Source of the DNA: a virus
Lineage: Duplodnaviria > Caudoviricetes
IMG/VR virus record: IMGVR_UViG_3300025120_000399
Coordinates: 1-28,324 of that record
Length of the DNA: 28,324 bases
Strand: one strand, 5' to 3'
Below the pieces are notes generated by a model. The model made no database searches, had not been told where the DNA came from, and saw only the letters and a program-made list of their open reading frames with translations. A program made the translations under genes and the position numbers. Every line of letters starts with the position of its first letter. Positions within the stretch are counted from its first letter, which is position 1. Of the stretch, positions 1-8,138 are shown in pieces.

Positions 1-4
1 ACTC

Positions 5-87
5 AGTACCTAAACGCCTTTTAATTTTTATTGCCTATTTACTTCGCCTTGTTATCGCCTTTTAAAAGTACCAAACTTTTTAGTACC
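5..87. repeat. Cluster of short direct repeats in a non-coding leader
   Basis: AGTACC at 5-10, 67-72, 82-87; CGCCTT at 15-20, 45-50, 56-61, two of which extend to CGCCTTTTAA (15-24, 56-65); no minus-strand ATG in 1-94. Confidence 0.6.
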
Positions 88-94
88 TTTGTTT

Positions 95-125
95 ATTATA
101 TATCCCCTAAGTCAGTTTGTTTCAG
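95..125 (-). promoter_or_regulatory. Putative phage promoter CTGAAACAAA-N14-ATATAAT pointing left, out of the window
   Basis: Minus strand reads CTGAAACAAA ctgacttaggggat ATATAAT; the same two boxes with the same spacing recur at 432-462 on the plus strand; overlaps the groES stop codon. Confidence 0.6.
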
Positions 126-406
126 ACTATTTGTACATTTTTATCTATTATTGCAGTTATATCAACTTCTCTTAAACTCAGTATTGTTTCTTCATTATAT
201 TTAATTTCCATACCTGCTAAATCATGAAAGAGAACCTTTACACCTATTTTAAAATCTTTATCTTTTACTTCATTGCCTACACCAAGAATAGTTCCTGCAT
301 AAGGTGGCGCAAATTGTCCTTCTTTTTTTAATAAAATTATACTACCTTTGCTCTCTGGTTGAGGGTCTTGTTTTAAAAATATTCTATTTCCTATAGGTTT
401 TATCAT
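122..406 (-). CDS. groES: GroES/Cpn10 co-chaperonin
   Basis: 94 aa; N-terminal IKPIGNRI, mobile loop SKGSIIL, GTILGVG, KIGVKVLF and C-terminal LREVDITAII follow the Cpn10 pattern. Confidence 0.9.
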   Translation of the reverse strand: MIKPIGNRIFLKQDPQPESKGSIILLKKEGQFAPPYAGTILGVGNEVKDKDFKIGVKVLFHDLAGMEIKYNEETILSLREVDITAIIDKNVQIV

Positions 407-431
407 TTTTTTTTATTTTTTTTGTTAAAAG

Positions 432-462
432 CTGAAACAAAGTTAACATGTTGCAATATAAT
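432..462 (+). promoter_or_regulatory. Putative promoter CTGAAACAAA-N14-ATATAAT, antisense to the RuvC-like gene
   Basis: Plus strand CTGAAACAAA (432-441) gttaacatgttgca ATATAAT (456-462); identical boxes and spacing to the copy at 95-125. Confidence 0.5.
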
Positions 463-490
463 TTTTAACTATTCAGAGTAAGAAAAGTAT

Positions 491-1150
491 CTAGTTGTTA
501 GCCTTTAAGGCTTTAAGTATAAAATATGCATCAACGATGTCATCAATGGGTTTAGGGATTTTAATGCTGAAGTCTTTTCCTTGGCACCATTTCCACAATT
601 TTGTAGTTCTTAAGCTCTTATCATTAAGGACATCATCTTGAAATGCTTTAGCCATATAGTGTTTATTTGCATTTCCTTTCCCTGCTAACTTTTTTACATG
701 AGATGGTTGAAAGACAGATAAATTTTCAATAGAGTACTTATCAATTAATTCCTTTCTTAAAAATGTGTTATATTGAATTATGTCTATAAATGAATTACCT
801 TTGGAGCCATATGAAAATCCTTCTAAAGCAATAGAAACTTCATCACCTTCAAATAATGTAGAAAAAATATTAACCATAAGAGAACTTATACTTCCAGCAT
901 CTTGTAGTTTTTGTCTCTCTCTAGGTAAAAATTCTTTACTAGTTACATCTCTATTATAAGGAAATCCTAGTAAAGCTGAATCGTCCATTAATTCTTTATG
1001 TATACTAAATGCTTTAGGTATTTTTCTACCTTCTTCATCCCATATACGATTTCCGTAATTAAAAAAAGTTATAAAGTGATATTTGCCATCGGCTGTTTCA
1101 ATACAGGCACCTGGGCTATTTAATGAAAAGTCAATTCCTATGTGAATCAT
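491..1150 (-). CDS. RuvC-like Holliday junction resolvase (phage type, RNase H fold)
   Basis: IGIDFSLNSPG (first catalytic Asp), ALEGFSYGS (catalytic Glu), PSHVKKLAGKGNANK and DDIVDAY motifs in RuvC order. Confidence 0.85.
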   Translation of the reverse strand: MIHIGIDFSLNSPGACIETADGKYHFITFFNYGNRIWDEEGRKIPKAFSIHKELMDDSALLGFPYNRDVTSKEFLPRERQKLQDAGSISSLMVNIFSTLFEGDEVSIALEGFSYGSKGNSFIDIIQYNTFLRKELIDKYSIENLSVFQPSHVKKLAGKGNANKHYMAKAFQDDVLNDKSLRTTKLWKWCQGKDFSIKIPKPIDDIVDAYFILKALKANN

Positions 1151-1155
1151 TCTAA

Positions 1156-1512
1156 TTATATTCTCTTGCCGATAACCGCACCTAGCGCAGCACCTACAAG
1201 ACGTGAGGTTAATAAATCATAAAGAGCACCTTTAGTAACACCTAATACTTTAGCTACTGCTTTACCTATAGTCTTTCCTAATGCAAATCCAGTTAATCCA
1301 CCAAATATACTTCCTAATAAACCTTCATTAATTATTTCTTCAACACATTCTTCTAAATTCTTACCGTCCTTTTGAGCTTCAAGAATTCTTTCTACTGCTA
1401 AATCAATAGCAGCATCCTGCTCTTCTGTTAGATCATGAGATTCATTTAATAAATCTTGTATGTTTAAAGCTTCTTCTTTATTCTCAGTTAAGTAATCATT
1501 AAAGGTTTTCAT
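1156..1512 (-). CDS. Small putative internal head protein: acidic pro-region plus Gly-rich amphipathic C-terminus
   Basis: Starts MKTFNDYLTE, similar to the T4 internal-protein capsid-targeting sequence; several [IL]-x-E sites; C-terminal 55 aa are Gly-zipper-like and basic. Confidence 0.55.
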   Translation of the reverse strand: MKTFNDYLTENKEEALNIQDLLNESHDLTEEQDAAIDLAVERILEAQKDGKNLEECVEEIINEGLLGSIFGGLTGFALGKTIGKAVAKVLGVTKGALYDLLTSRLVGAALGAVIGKRI

Positions 1513-1530
1513 TAGTGTTCTTTATTTGTT

Positions 1531-1538
1531 TATATATT
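1531..1538 (-). promoter_or_regulatory. Putative late promoter AATATATA
   Basis: Motif 18 nt upstream of the ATG at 1512; recurs upstream of other genes. Confidence 0.55.
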
Positions 1539-2091
1539 AGGTTATGTTAACAACAACATCTAGAATGTTATATCCAAAAGTAATATCAAAAGTTTGGAAT
1601 TCGATAGTATTACTTGAAAAATTTAAATCTAATGCACCTACTTCAGATATAAACATATCTTTAAGTTGAACTGTTACAAAGACAGTCCCGTCAGCATCTA
1701 ACATCTGTACACCAACACCCTCTGGTAAATAAGGGTGTTTACCACTTAGCTTATAATAATAATCAAACATTTCTACAGCCATCCAATAATTTACATACCC
1801 ATCAAATGCTTGCATTGTAACGGTCATAGTCTTATCAAATAATTGTTGCTTTGGTAAGCTTGATCTAAATGCTCTTTGGTTACCTGGATAATCTACTTGT
1901 GTAACAGCATCAAATGAAGGCCCTGGTAAATTAAGAGATTGTATTCCATAGTTCCAATAATCAATAGGTTCTTTAATTAAGCCACCAGGAATTCTTGTAA
2001 GAAATGGTTTGTATTTTTCAGCTATTTCTTTAGGTATAAAAGTTCTAGGGAAGTCAAATTTAAATTGGTTATTTCTTGCGCTTAATATCAT
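1537..2091 (-). CDS. Tail-tube-fold protein, T4 gp3-like tail completion/terminator
   Basis: 184 aa; IQSLNLPG, DGYVNYW, and C-terminal LDLNFSS...FQTFDITFGYN pattern resembles gp3/gp19-type proteins; morphogenesis context. Confidence 0.6.
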   Translation of the reverse strand: MILSARNNQFKFDFPRTFIPKEIAEKYKPFLTRIPGGLIKEPIDYWNYGIQSLNLPGPSFDAVTQVDYPGNQRAFRSSLPKQQLFDKTMTVTMQAFDGYVNYWMAVEMFDYYYKLSGKHPYLPEGVGVQMLDADGTVFVTVQLKDMFISEVGALDLNFSSNTIEFQTFDITFGYNILDVVVNIT

Positions 2092-2102
2092 AATTTATTA
2101 AT

Positions 2103-3095
2103 TTATCTTCCTCTCCTAAACATATTTCTAATTCTATCAAATCTATCATCAATCCTATCCTGAATTTCTGTTACTCTATTACTGCCTACTGTATAATTTT
2201 GTAAATTTTTAGCAGCTGATTTATAAAATGCAGTTCTTTGTGCTTTAGTTTGCGCAGTTATTGCTCTTGATCTAATTGCACGTATTTGCTGTTTTCTAAG
2301 TTTTTGTAATTCTGCATATTTTTGTGCAGCTAAAGCGTTTTGATTAATTGCTGCAATTTTTGTAGATTTTAAATCTTTACTAAGTTCTGCTATTTCATTA
2401 GTTAATTCTTCATTACTATTTTGTAAAGATTGTATAACTACATCATCCTCTGACGCAGAACTTACTAATTCAGCATTTTCTGCCTTAAGTGCTGTGATCT
2501 CCTCTTGTAATCTACCAAGCAATATACTGTACTCAACTCGTGACTCTTCAATTTGTCTTGTTAAAGTTATTCTATTAGCATCGTCCACAGCTAACCATAG
2601 TCCTTGATATAAAACTGATTCATCAGAAGTAGAATTATCAGTTGGATCTATCATCTTAGTAGAAATGTAAAAATTATTATTACTTAAAGCTAATATTTTT
2701 TTACTATCAGATCTAGTTATTCTAAAGAGAACTTCACCTTGTGATAAATCCACTTCATCAACTTGTGTATGATTTAAAATATCAATATCATCTTTATCCC
2801 CAATAAAGTTTAAATATAAATTTCCAACATTACTTAAGTCAATAGGTTTATCTTCTCCATCAACCTCATCATACATAGTAAAAAGATAATAATCATCAAA
2901 TTGTGATATTCTTATCATACCATCACCTTGTGGTAATGGTTCTTCATTAACTGATAAATTAACAAATCTTTGGTAAAATTCCTTTTCCGTTTTAGTTAAA
3001 GATATATTAGTTCTTACCCCACCAACTATCTGCTTTGTAGATGCCTTCTTCTGTATTTGTTCAGACTCTGATAATTTATTTTGTTTCGCTGCCAT
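2103..3095 (-). CDS. Hypothetical virion-associated protein with coiled coil and basic C-terminus
   Basis: 330 aa; beta-rich N-domain (PIDLSNVGNLYLNF...GEVLFRI), heptad region LQEEITALKAENAEL...LTNEIAELSKDL, Arg-rich tail; overlaps upstream gene by 20 nt. Confidence 0.6.
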   Translation of the reverse strand: MAAKQNKLSESEQIQKKASTKQIVGGVRTNISLTKTEKEFYQRFVNLSVNEEPLPQGDGMIRISQFDDYYLFTMYDEVDGEDKPIDLSNVGNLYLNFIGDKDDIDILNHTQVDEVDLSQGEVLFRITRSDSKKILALSNNNFYISTKMIDPTDNSTSDESVLYQGLWLAVDDANRITLTRQIEESRVEYSILLGRLQEEITALKAENAELVSSASEDDVVIQSLQNSNEELTNEIAELSKDLKSTKIAAINQNALAAQKYAELQKLRKQQIRAIRSRAITAQTKAQRTAFYKSAAKNLQNYTVGSNRVTEIQDRIDDRFDRIRNMFRRGR

Positions 3096-4455
3096 TGGTT
3101 TGTGTTATTGTTTGTATTTTAACTGGCGATATTGCTGCCTTAACTTTTATTCTATCTCTAAATGTTGTTACATAGCTTGTCTTTACAACTAATTTTTCAA
3201 CTATTTGTTCAGACGTATCTGCTGATGTATCACTTGCACCACCTGTGCCTACTACTATTTGTTTTCCAGTATCATTATTAATTCTATTATATACATTAGC
3301 TACTGTTGGTACTACTCCTAGGTTAATTTGAACCATTTGTCTTCCATACTTTTGTGTTTCAAATGAAGTTAATCTAGCATTCTTAATTATTTGTGTGGCA
3401 TCGGCCTTATTGTATAATCTTAATACATAGTTTATTGAAAAAGAAACTGCACTATTTGCGTTTTTAATAATAGGCCTAAATAACACAGGTTCATCAAAAT
3501 CAGTGTCCTGTGATATTACTTGAAAACTAGTCTGTGTAAATACTGTACCTATTTGCTCAGTTACACTAATTTCATGAAAAACTACATACTGACCACCTGA
3601 TGAATTTAATTGTGCAATAAAATTACTAAAGGTAGATCCAGTAACTTGTCCAGATAATTCAAAATAATCACCTGCATCTGATTGAATTACTTGTGCATAT
3701 AAATTATCATAAATATCTCTGTTTAAAATTGACACAGAATTAATTTCTTGCATTTCATAAAAACTATATGCATTTTCAACAATAGTTTCATAAATACCAG
3801 TTGCCTTTAATGTAATAGGAGGGGTACCTAAAAATCCTTGGCCTTCTGTAATTTTGTATGCAACACCGTTAGTTTGTGCAGCATCAAATAAATTATTCAT
3901 AAAGAATAAAGATGGGACTCTCCATTCAATATATGTTGCATACAATTTATCAGCAATTAATAAAGGATCAGGATTAAATGTAGGAGTATCAGATTTTAAA
4001 AAATTAATAGATGCAAGATTTAACATTACCCCATCTCTCCTAGGTGCTAATGCTTCAAACACAATTCCGTCAAAACCTTCAAAACTAAATCCTGCAATAA
4101 AATGAACTTTAATTTTATCATAAGCAACATCCAACTGAGGGCTAAATGTTTGTAAAAGATTAACACTATCAGTTAAGGCTGGACTAAAATCATTATAAGG
4201 AACTCCTATATCGGTATCTAATGAAACATACTGTGTTTTATTTTCATTGTTAGATACTGCCGAAATATCTCTATAATTACCCATGATTGACGAGACACTA
4301 TCAGTATTAAAGAAATAAGTTCCTTTAGTATTAGCATCTCTCATAAGCTCAATAGGATATGTAGCTGTATTATACGTAGTCGGCGTGGCCTGGCTAGTAT
4401 AAACATACTCTATAAGTATTTGCTCAGATATTTGTATAAACCTTGATGATTCCAT
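3076..4455 (-). CDS. Hypothetical structural protein
   Basis: 459-aa ORF, beta-rich composition, preceded by the AATATATA motif; no family recognised. Confidence 0.65.
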   Translation of the reverse strand: MESSRFIQISEQILIEYVYTSQATPTTYNTATYPIELMRDANTKGTYFFNTDSVSSIMGNYRDISAVSNNENKTQYVSLDTDIGVPYNDFSPALTDSVNLLQTFSPQLDVAYDKIKVHFIAGFSFEGFDGIVFEALAPRRDGVMLNLASINFLKSDTPTFNPDPLLIADKLYATYIEWRVPSLFFMNNLFDAAQTNGVAYKITEGQGFLGTPPITLKATGIYETIVENAYSFYEMQEINSVSILNRDIYDNLYAQVIQSDAGDYFELSGQVTGSTFSNFIAQLNSSGGQYVVFHEISVTEQIGTVFTQTSFQVISQDTDFDEPVLFRPIIKNANSAVSFSINYVLRLYNKADATQIIKNARLTSFETQKYGRQMVQINLGVVPTVANVYNRINNDTGKQIVVGTGGASDTSADTSEQIVEKLVVKTSYVTTFRDRIKVKAAISPVKIQTITQTNGSETK

Positions 4456-4462
4456 TATATTC

Positions 4463-4470
4463 TATATATT
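4463..4470 (-). promoter_or_regulatory. Putative late promoter AATATATA
   Basis: In the 14-nt gap between the spanin-like stop and the ATG at 4455. Confidence 0.5.
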
Positions 4471-5243
4471 TACCATTGTAAAAACCTTGGTGTGTAATTT
4501 AAACCAACTCCAACATAAGGAGTGACACCGTTACCACTCAACCCAACACCTAATTGCAAACCTAATCCTAATGTTTTTCTGTTTTGGTATTGTAAATCCT
4601 TAAATGCTTTACTGTTTTGATTAATTAAAATTCCTTCAGCACTATTAAAAGTAGTACCAGGATAATCTGTTGAAATGTTAACGAATAATTCTTTTGTTTT
4701 AATATCTCTAGTTAACGCCGCAGACAAAAATATATTCTGGTTTAAATCTATTTTAGCATTACCAAAATCTATATAAGTACCCTCAATCTCATAAGGTACA
4801 AAAACACCAACCTTTCTAAAGCTTTTATCCCAGGATGCTGTATCTGAAAATACCAAAGCAGAATTAAAATTTCCTACAACGGTATCAACCACAGTAACAG
4901 GTACTTCTACAATTACTTCTTTAATAACAGTCTGGGTCTTAATTACAGTTAATGGCGGTTTTCCTTTTTCAAAATCTAATTTATTTTCTACTTCTTCGAG
5001 TGTTAAACTCAGTGCTCTTATCTCTGCAGCTGCATTACCATTCTTATCTATATAATTTTCAATAGTATCTAATGAAGCTTTCCAATTATTTTCTATTCTA
5101 CTTGCCTCACCTTTAGCAGCATCAGTGGCATCGCATTGTCTAAGTAATAAAATAAAAAGTATAACAATTCCACCAAACAAAAACATTCTAGTGTTTTTAG
5201 GATCCGTAAGAATACCGATAATATTTTTAATAATTAAAATCAT
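4470..5243 (-). CDS. Membrane-anchored, spanin-like envelope protein
   Basis: Hydrophobic segment MFLFGGIVILFILLL then RQC (possible lipobox, Cys37), coiled coil, beta-rich middle, C-terminal amphipathic beta hairpin LGLGLQLGVG...PYVGVGLNY ending in Trp. Confidence 0.55.
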   Translation of the reverse strand: MILIIKNIIGILTDPKNTRMFLFGGIVILFILLLRQCDATDAAKGEASRIENNWKASLDTIENYIDKNGNAAAEIRALSLTLEEVENKLDFEKGKPPLTVIKTQTVIKEVIVEVPVTVVDTVVGNFNSALVFSDTASWDKSFRKVGVFVPYEIEGTYIDFGNAKIDLNQNIFLSAALTRDIKTKELFVNISTDYPGTTFNSAEGILINQNSKAFKDLQYQNRKTLGLGLQLGVGLSGNGVTPYVGVGLNYTPRFLQW

Positions 5244-5473
5244 TTTATATACTTCATTAACTTATTAGGAGTTACTTCAGAAGCTCCATATTTTTTTGCA
5301 ATTTTATCTATAAACTTTTTTTCCTTTCCTTTCATTGAGTCAACTTCTTCAAATAAGCCATCTCTTTTCTTAGCTAAACTTTCAATACTTTTTTGCATTA
5401 AGTCTAAGGAAAGTTGAATTTCCCTATACCTACTAACATATCCATTAAGTTCTTTTATTTCTTTTTTTGTCAT
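5240..5473 (-). CDS. Small basic coiled-coil hypothetical protein
   Basis: 77 aa, helical heptads, 4-nt ATGA overlap with the downstream spanin-like gene. Confidence 0.65.
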   Translation of the reverse strand: MTKKEIKELNGYVSRYREIQLSLDLMQKSIESLAKKRDGLFEEVDSMKGKEKKFIDKIAKKYGASEVTPNKLMKYIK

Positions 5474-5512
5474 TTCTAATTTATTAAAGTTTTAATTAAT
5501 AATCTTGTGCGT

Positions 5513-8128
5513 TTATGTTAAATATGATACTTGTCCTTGTGTCTTTGTAGTTTGGCTTATTATATTCCAACCCCATTGTACTTGTGTATTAATATCTGTA
5601 TTACCTGGATCAGGTGGAGGAAAATTTAAAGTCCGCCCTTTATTTATTGATGTTGTCCCATCCCAAATACACTCTACAACCGTAACTTCAGTCTCTCCAT
5701 ATAGAGCGTCAGGTGCTTGGGTTACAGTATCTATAGCATGACAACTGTCTTGGATAAATACTATTCCCGGCTGATACCAACTATTGTAGGCGCCAGCAGT
5801 AGATGGAGCTTTAATTCTAAATCTTGGAAATAGTACCCGAACCGTTCCATAGTATTTTTGGGTTCTTACTACTGGTGGTGTAGGCCTAGTATCAGTTACT
5901 ATCCATTGCGATGATTGGTTTTTAATTATTACAGTAATTCTTTGTCCTGGGTATGCTCCTACTGGAAAATTAAAAGACCCAACGAAGCCTTCTTGGCTAT
6001 AAGGATCTCCTGTTGGAACAGTCCCAGTAGGATCGTCAAAGCCTATCTGATATCCAAAATTTAAAAATATTACAGGAACATTAAGGTCAGCTGTTGTTGG
6101 CATACCAATAGCTAAATTAGTTGTTTCATCGTAGTTAGTGAAGCTTCTAACTGGGACGACATATCTAGTATTCCACCCCCATTTGTAAGGGCCAGTTGTT
6201 GGAGGGCCGCCAACATATGTATAAGCTGGATCGCTATTAAAACCACTATTAAGATCATTACTTCTTTTATGTACTAATCTTCCACCTATAGCAGTCTTAT
6301 TTTGACTAACCGAAAAATACTCTAAATAGTTGTTAAATGATCTAGCCTGTAATCCTATTGAATTATCATAAGCATCATTATCATTTACAGCTCCGCTAGG
6401 TGATCCTCCTGCTGGTACTGGATAATTAAGAGCAGCTATTAATTCATTACCTAAACCAACTCTGATCATCTCCGCAGCTACACCTGATGTTGTTTGTGTA
6501 CCACCCATCCATTGGTGCATAGTCGCACCTGGGGCCATATCTACTAACGAGGAACTACCTGTTCTAACAAAGGTAGATGCGCTTGTAGTTAAAGCATTGT
6601 CCAATTCATTATAATAATATGTAGCTGCATTTGGTGGTAAAATTCCGCTACTTAATCCTCTCTTTGCCCAAGTACTATGTCCAACAAATCTAGTATGTGG
6701 TAAAAGTGGTTTAGTAGGATCACTACTTTCATGATGACCATAATCAATAACTATACTAGGCTCTGCTTTAGCAGTAGCTGTTTCTTTCCTTAAAATTATT
6801 TGGCTGTTTCCTCTAATATAGATATCTCCACCAATAGTAGTATTTGGAACAGTTGATAAATTTTCTATAATAACATCAGATGTTGCACCGGCAGTTTTAC
6901 TTTGTTGTATTGTAATGTTACCATCGTTTGCTGTTGCTAAAATACCCCCAGTGGCTGATCTTAATTGAATTGCACCAGCAGCAGAAGATCCTTGTGTAGT
7001 ATCTAATTTTAATTGCCCACCTGAATTTAATTGAATATTTTGATTTACAGATGAGGTTAAGTTAATTAAACCTGCTTGTAATTGTATAACCCCAACTTGC
7101 GAGTTTTGAGCCTGGTTAACAGAAAAGCCACCACCTGTTTGGATAACTGTTGTATTTGTAGTACCTGCTGTAGTTAATACAAATTTATTTCCTGCTGCAC
7201 TTGAACCTGTACCTACATTTATAAGAAAGTCAGAATTTTCTCCAGCAAACGCTGTGGCATTTTCAATTCCTGTCTGGAATGTAATAGCTTTACCTGCAAC
7301 GTATTGCTGTGATTTTTTTGGAACATTAACTTCAAAACCGATTAAATCAAAGAGGCTTGATGCGCCGGTAGCTGATTTAGTTGCCGATAAAACTAATCTA
7401 TCATCATTAGCAATAGCAACACTACTTAATACATTTATATCAAGTTGTTCAAATTTTTCAGGATTACCTGCTGTATATCCACCATGAAATATTATTCCTC
7501 TGGCCGAAGCATCCCTCTGGTGAATCATTAGTGATGCTTGTGGTGAATTGAATGTTGTGGCTATTTCATTTGGTATTATATAAGAAGTAGTAAGAGGTAT
7601 ACTAATATCTACAGCTGGTGTATTAGAAACCGCACCACCAATCATAACCGATGGTATACCTTCATTTGAAGTATTTGCACCGTTACCAAATCCTATAGGG
7701 CCATTATATCTTGCTGTTTGTATAGTAATAGGATTACTTGTACCAGCACCACCAAACTCTAATCCAAAACCTCCACTTTGCCCAGCAGGGCCAACAGGCC
7801 CAATTAAATTTATAGTTGTTATAGACCAAGTTAAGCCAGTGTATTCCCATACTGCCCCATTAAATTGCAAATAATAATCTCCTTCTAATGGAGCAGCTGT
7901 AGGTGGTGCAGCAATAGGTGTTAAACCGGGTGATACTGTTGATTGATCTTCATACCAACGTGTTCCCTTTTTTCCTCTTCCACCTGCAGGTCCAGTTGGT
8001 CCTATCGGCCCAGCGGGTCCTGCTGGACCTCCACCATTAAGTAACAATTGGTCAAAATTAAAATTTGTTTTATCGACCAGCTGTGAAATAGTATCTGATG
8101 CTATTATTTCTTGTATAGTGATTGGCAT
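5513..8128 (-). CDS. Tail fibre / receptor-binding protein with collagen-like repeats
   Basis: 871 aa; G-x-y runs GPAGPAGPIGPTGPAGGRGKKG and GPVGPAGQSG flanking a GDYYLQFNGAVWEY knob; long Gly/Thr/Asn-rich beta-repeat stretch. Confidence 0.75.
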   Translation of the reverse strand: MPITIQEIIASDTISQLVDKTNFNFDQLLLNGGGPAGPAGPIGPTGPAGGRGKKGTRWYEDQSTVSPGLTPIAAPPTAAPLEGDYYLQFNGAVWEYTGLTWSITTINLIGPVGPAGQSGGFGLEFGGAGTSNPITIQTARYNGPIGFGNGANTSNEGIPSVMIGGAVSNTPAVDISIPLTTSYIIPNEIATTFNSPQASLMIHQRDASARGIIFHGGYTAGNPEKFEQLDINVLSSVAIANDDRLVLSATKSATGASSLFDLIGFEVNVPKKSQQYVAGKAITFQTGIENATAFAGENSDFLINVGTGSSAAGNKFVLTTAGTTNTTVIQTGGGFSVNQAQNSQVGVIQLQAGLINLTSSVNQNIQLNSGGQLKLDTTQGSSAAGAIQLRSATGGILATANDGNITIQQSKTAGATSDVIIENLSTVPNTTIGGDIYIRGNSQIILRKETATAKAEPSIVIDYGHHESSDPTKPLLPHTRFVGHSTWAKRGLSSGILPPNAATYYYNELDNALTTSASTFVRTGSSSLVDMAPGATMHQWMGGTQTTSGVAAEMIRVGLGNELIAALNYPVPAGGSPSGAVNDNDAYDNSIGLQARSFNNYLEYFSVSQNKTAIGGRLVHKRSNDLNSGFNSDPAYTYVGGPPTTGPYKWGWNTRYVVPVRSFTNYDETTNLAIGMPTTADLNVPVIFLNFGYQIGFDDPTGTVPTGDPYSQEGFVGSFNFPVGAYPGQRITVIIKNQSSQWIVTDTRPTPPVVRTQKYYGTVRVLFPRFRIKAPSTAGAYNSWYQPGIVFIQDSCHAIDTVTQAPDALYGETEVTVVECIWDGTTSINKGRTLNFPPPDPGNTDINTQVQWGWNIISQTTKTQGQVSYLT
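7964..8035 (-). repeat. Collagen-like Gly-X-Y coding repeat
   Basis: Eight consecutive G-x-x units near the N-terminus of the fibre; locally GC-rich. Confidence 0.8.
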
Positions 8129-8138
8129 TTCTTTTCTA

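Noticed and set aside
407-490. CIRCE element or intrinsic terminator between the RuvC-like gene and groES
   Set aside because: No TTAGCACTC-N9-GAGTGCTAA; only weak AT-rich inverted repeats (GTTAAAA/TTTTAAC, AACATGTT), and the T-run is on the non-coding strand
5513-8128. Diversity-generating retroelement target in the tail fibre
   Set aside because: No reverse transcriptase and no template/variable repeat pair visible in this window; one elsewhere in the genome cannot be excluded
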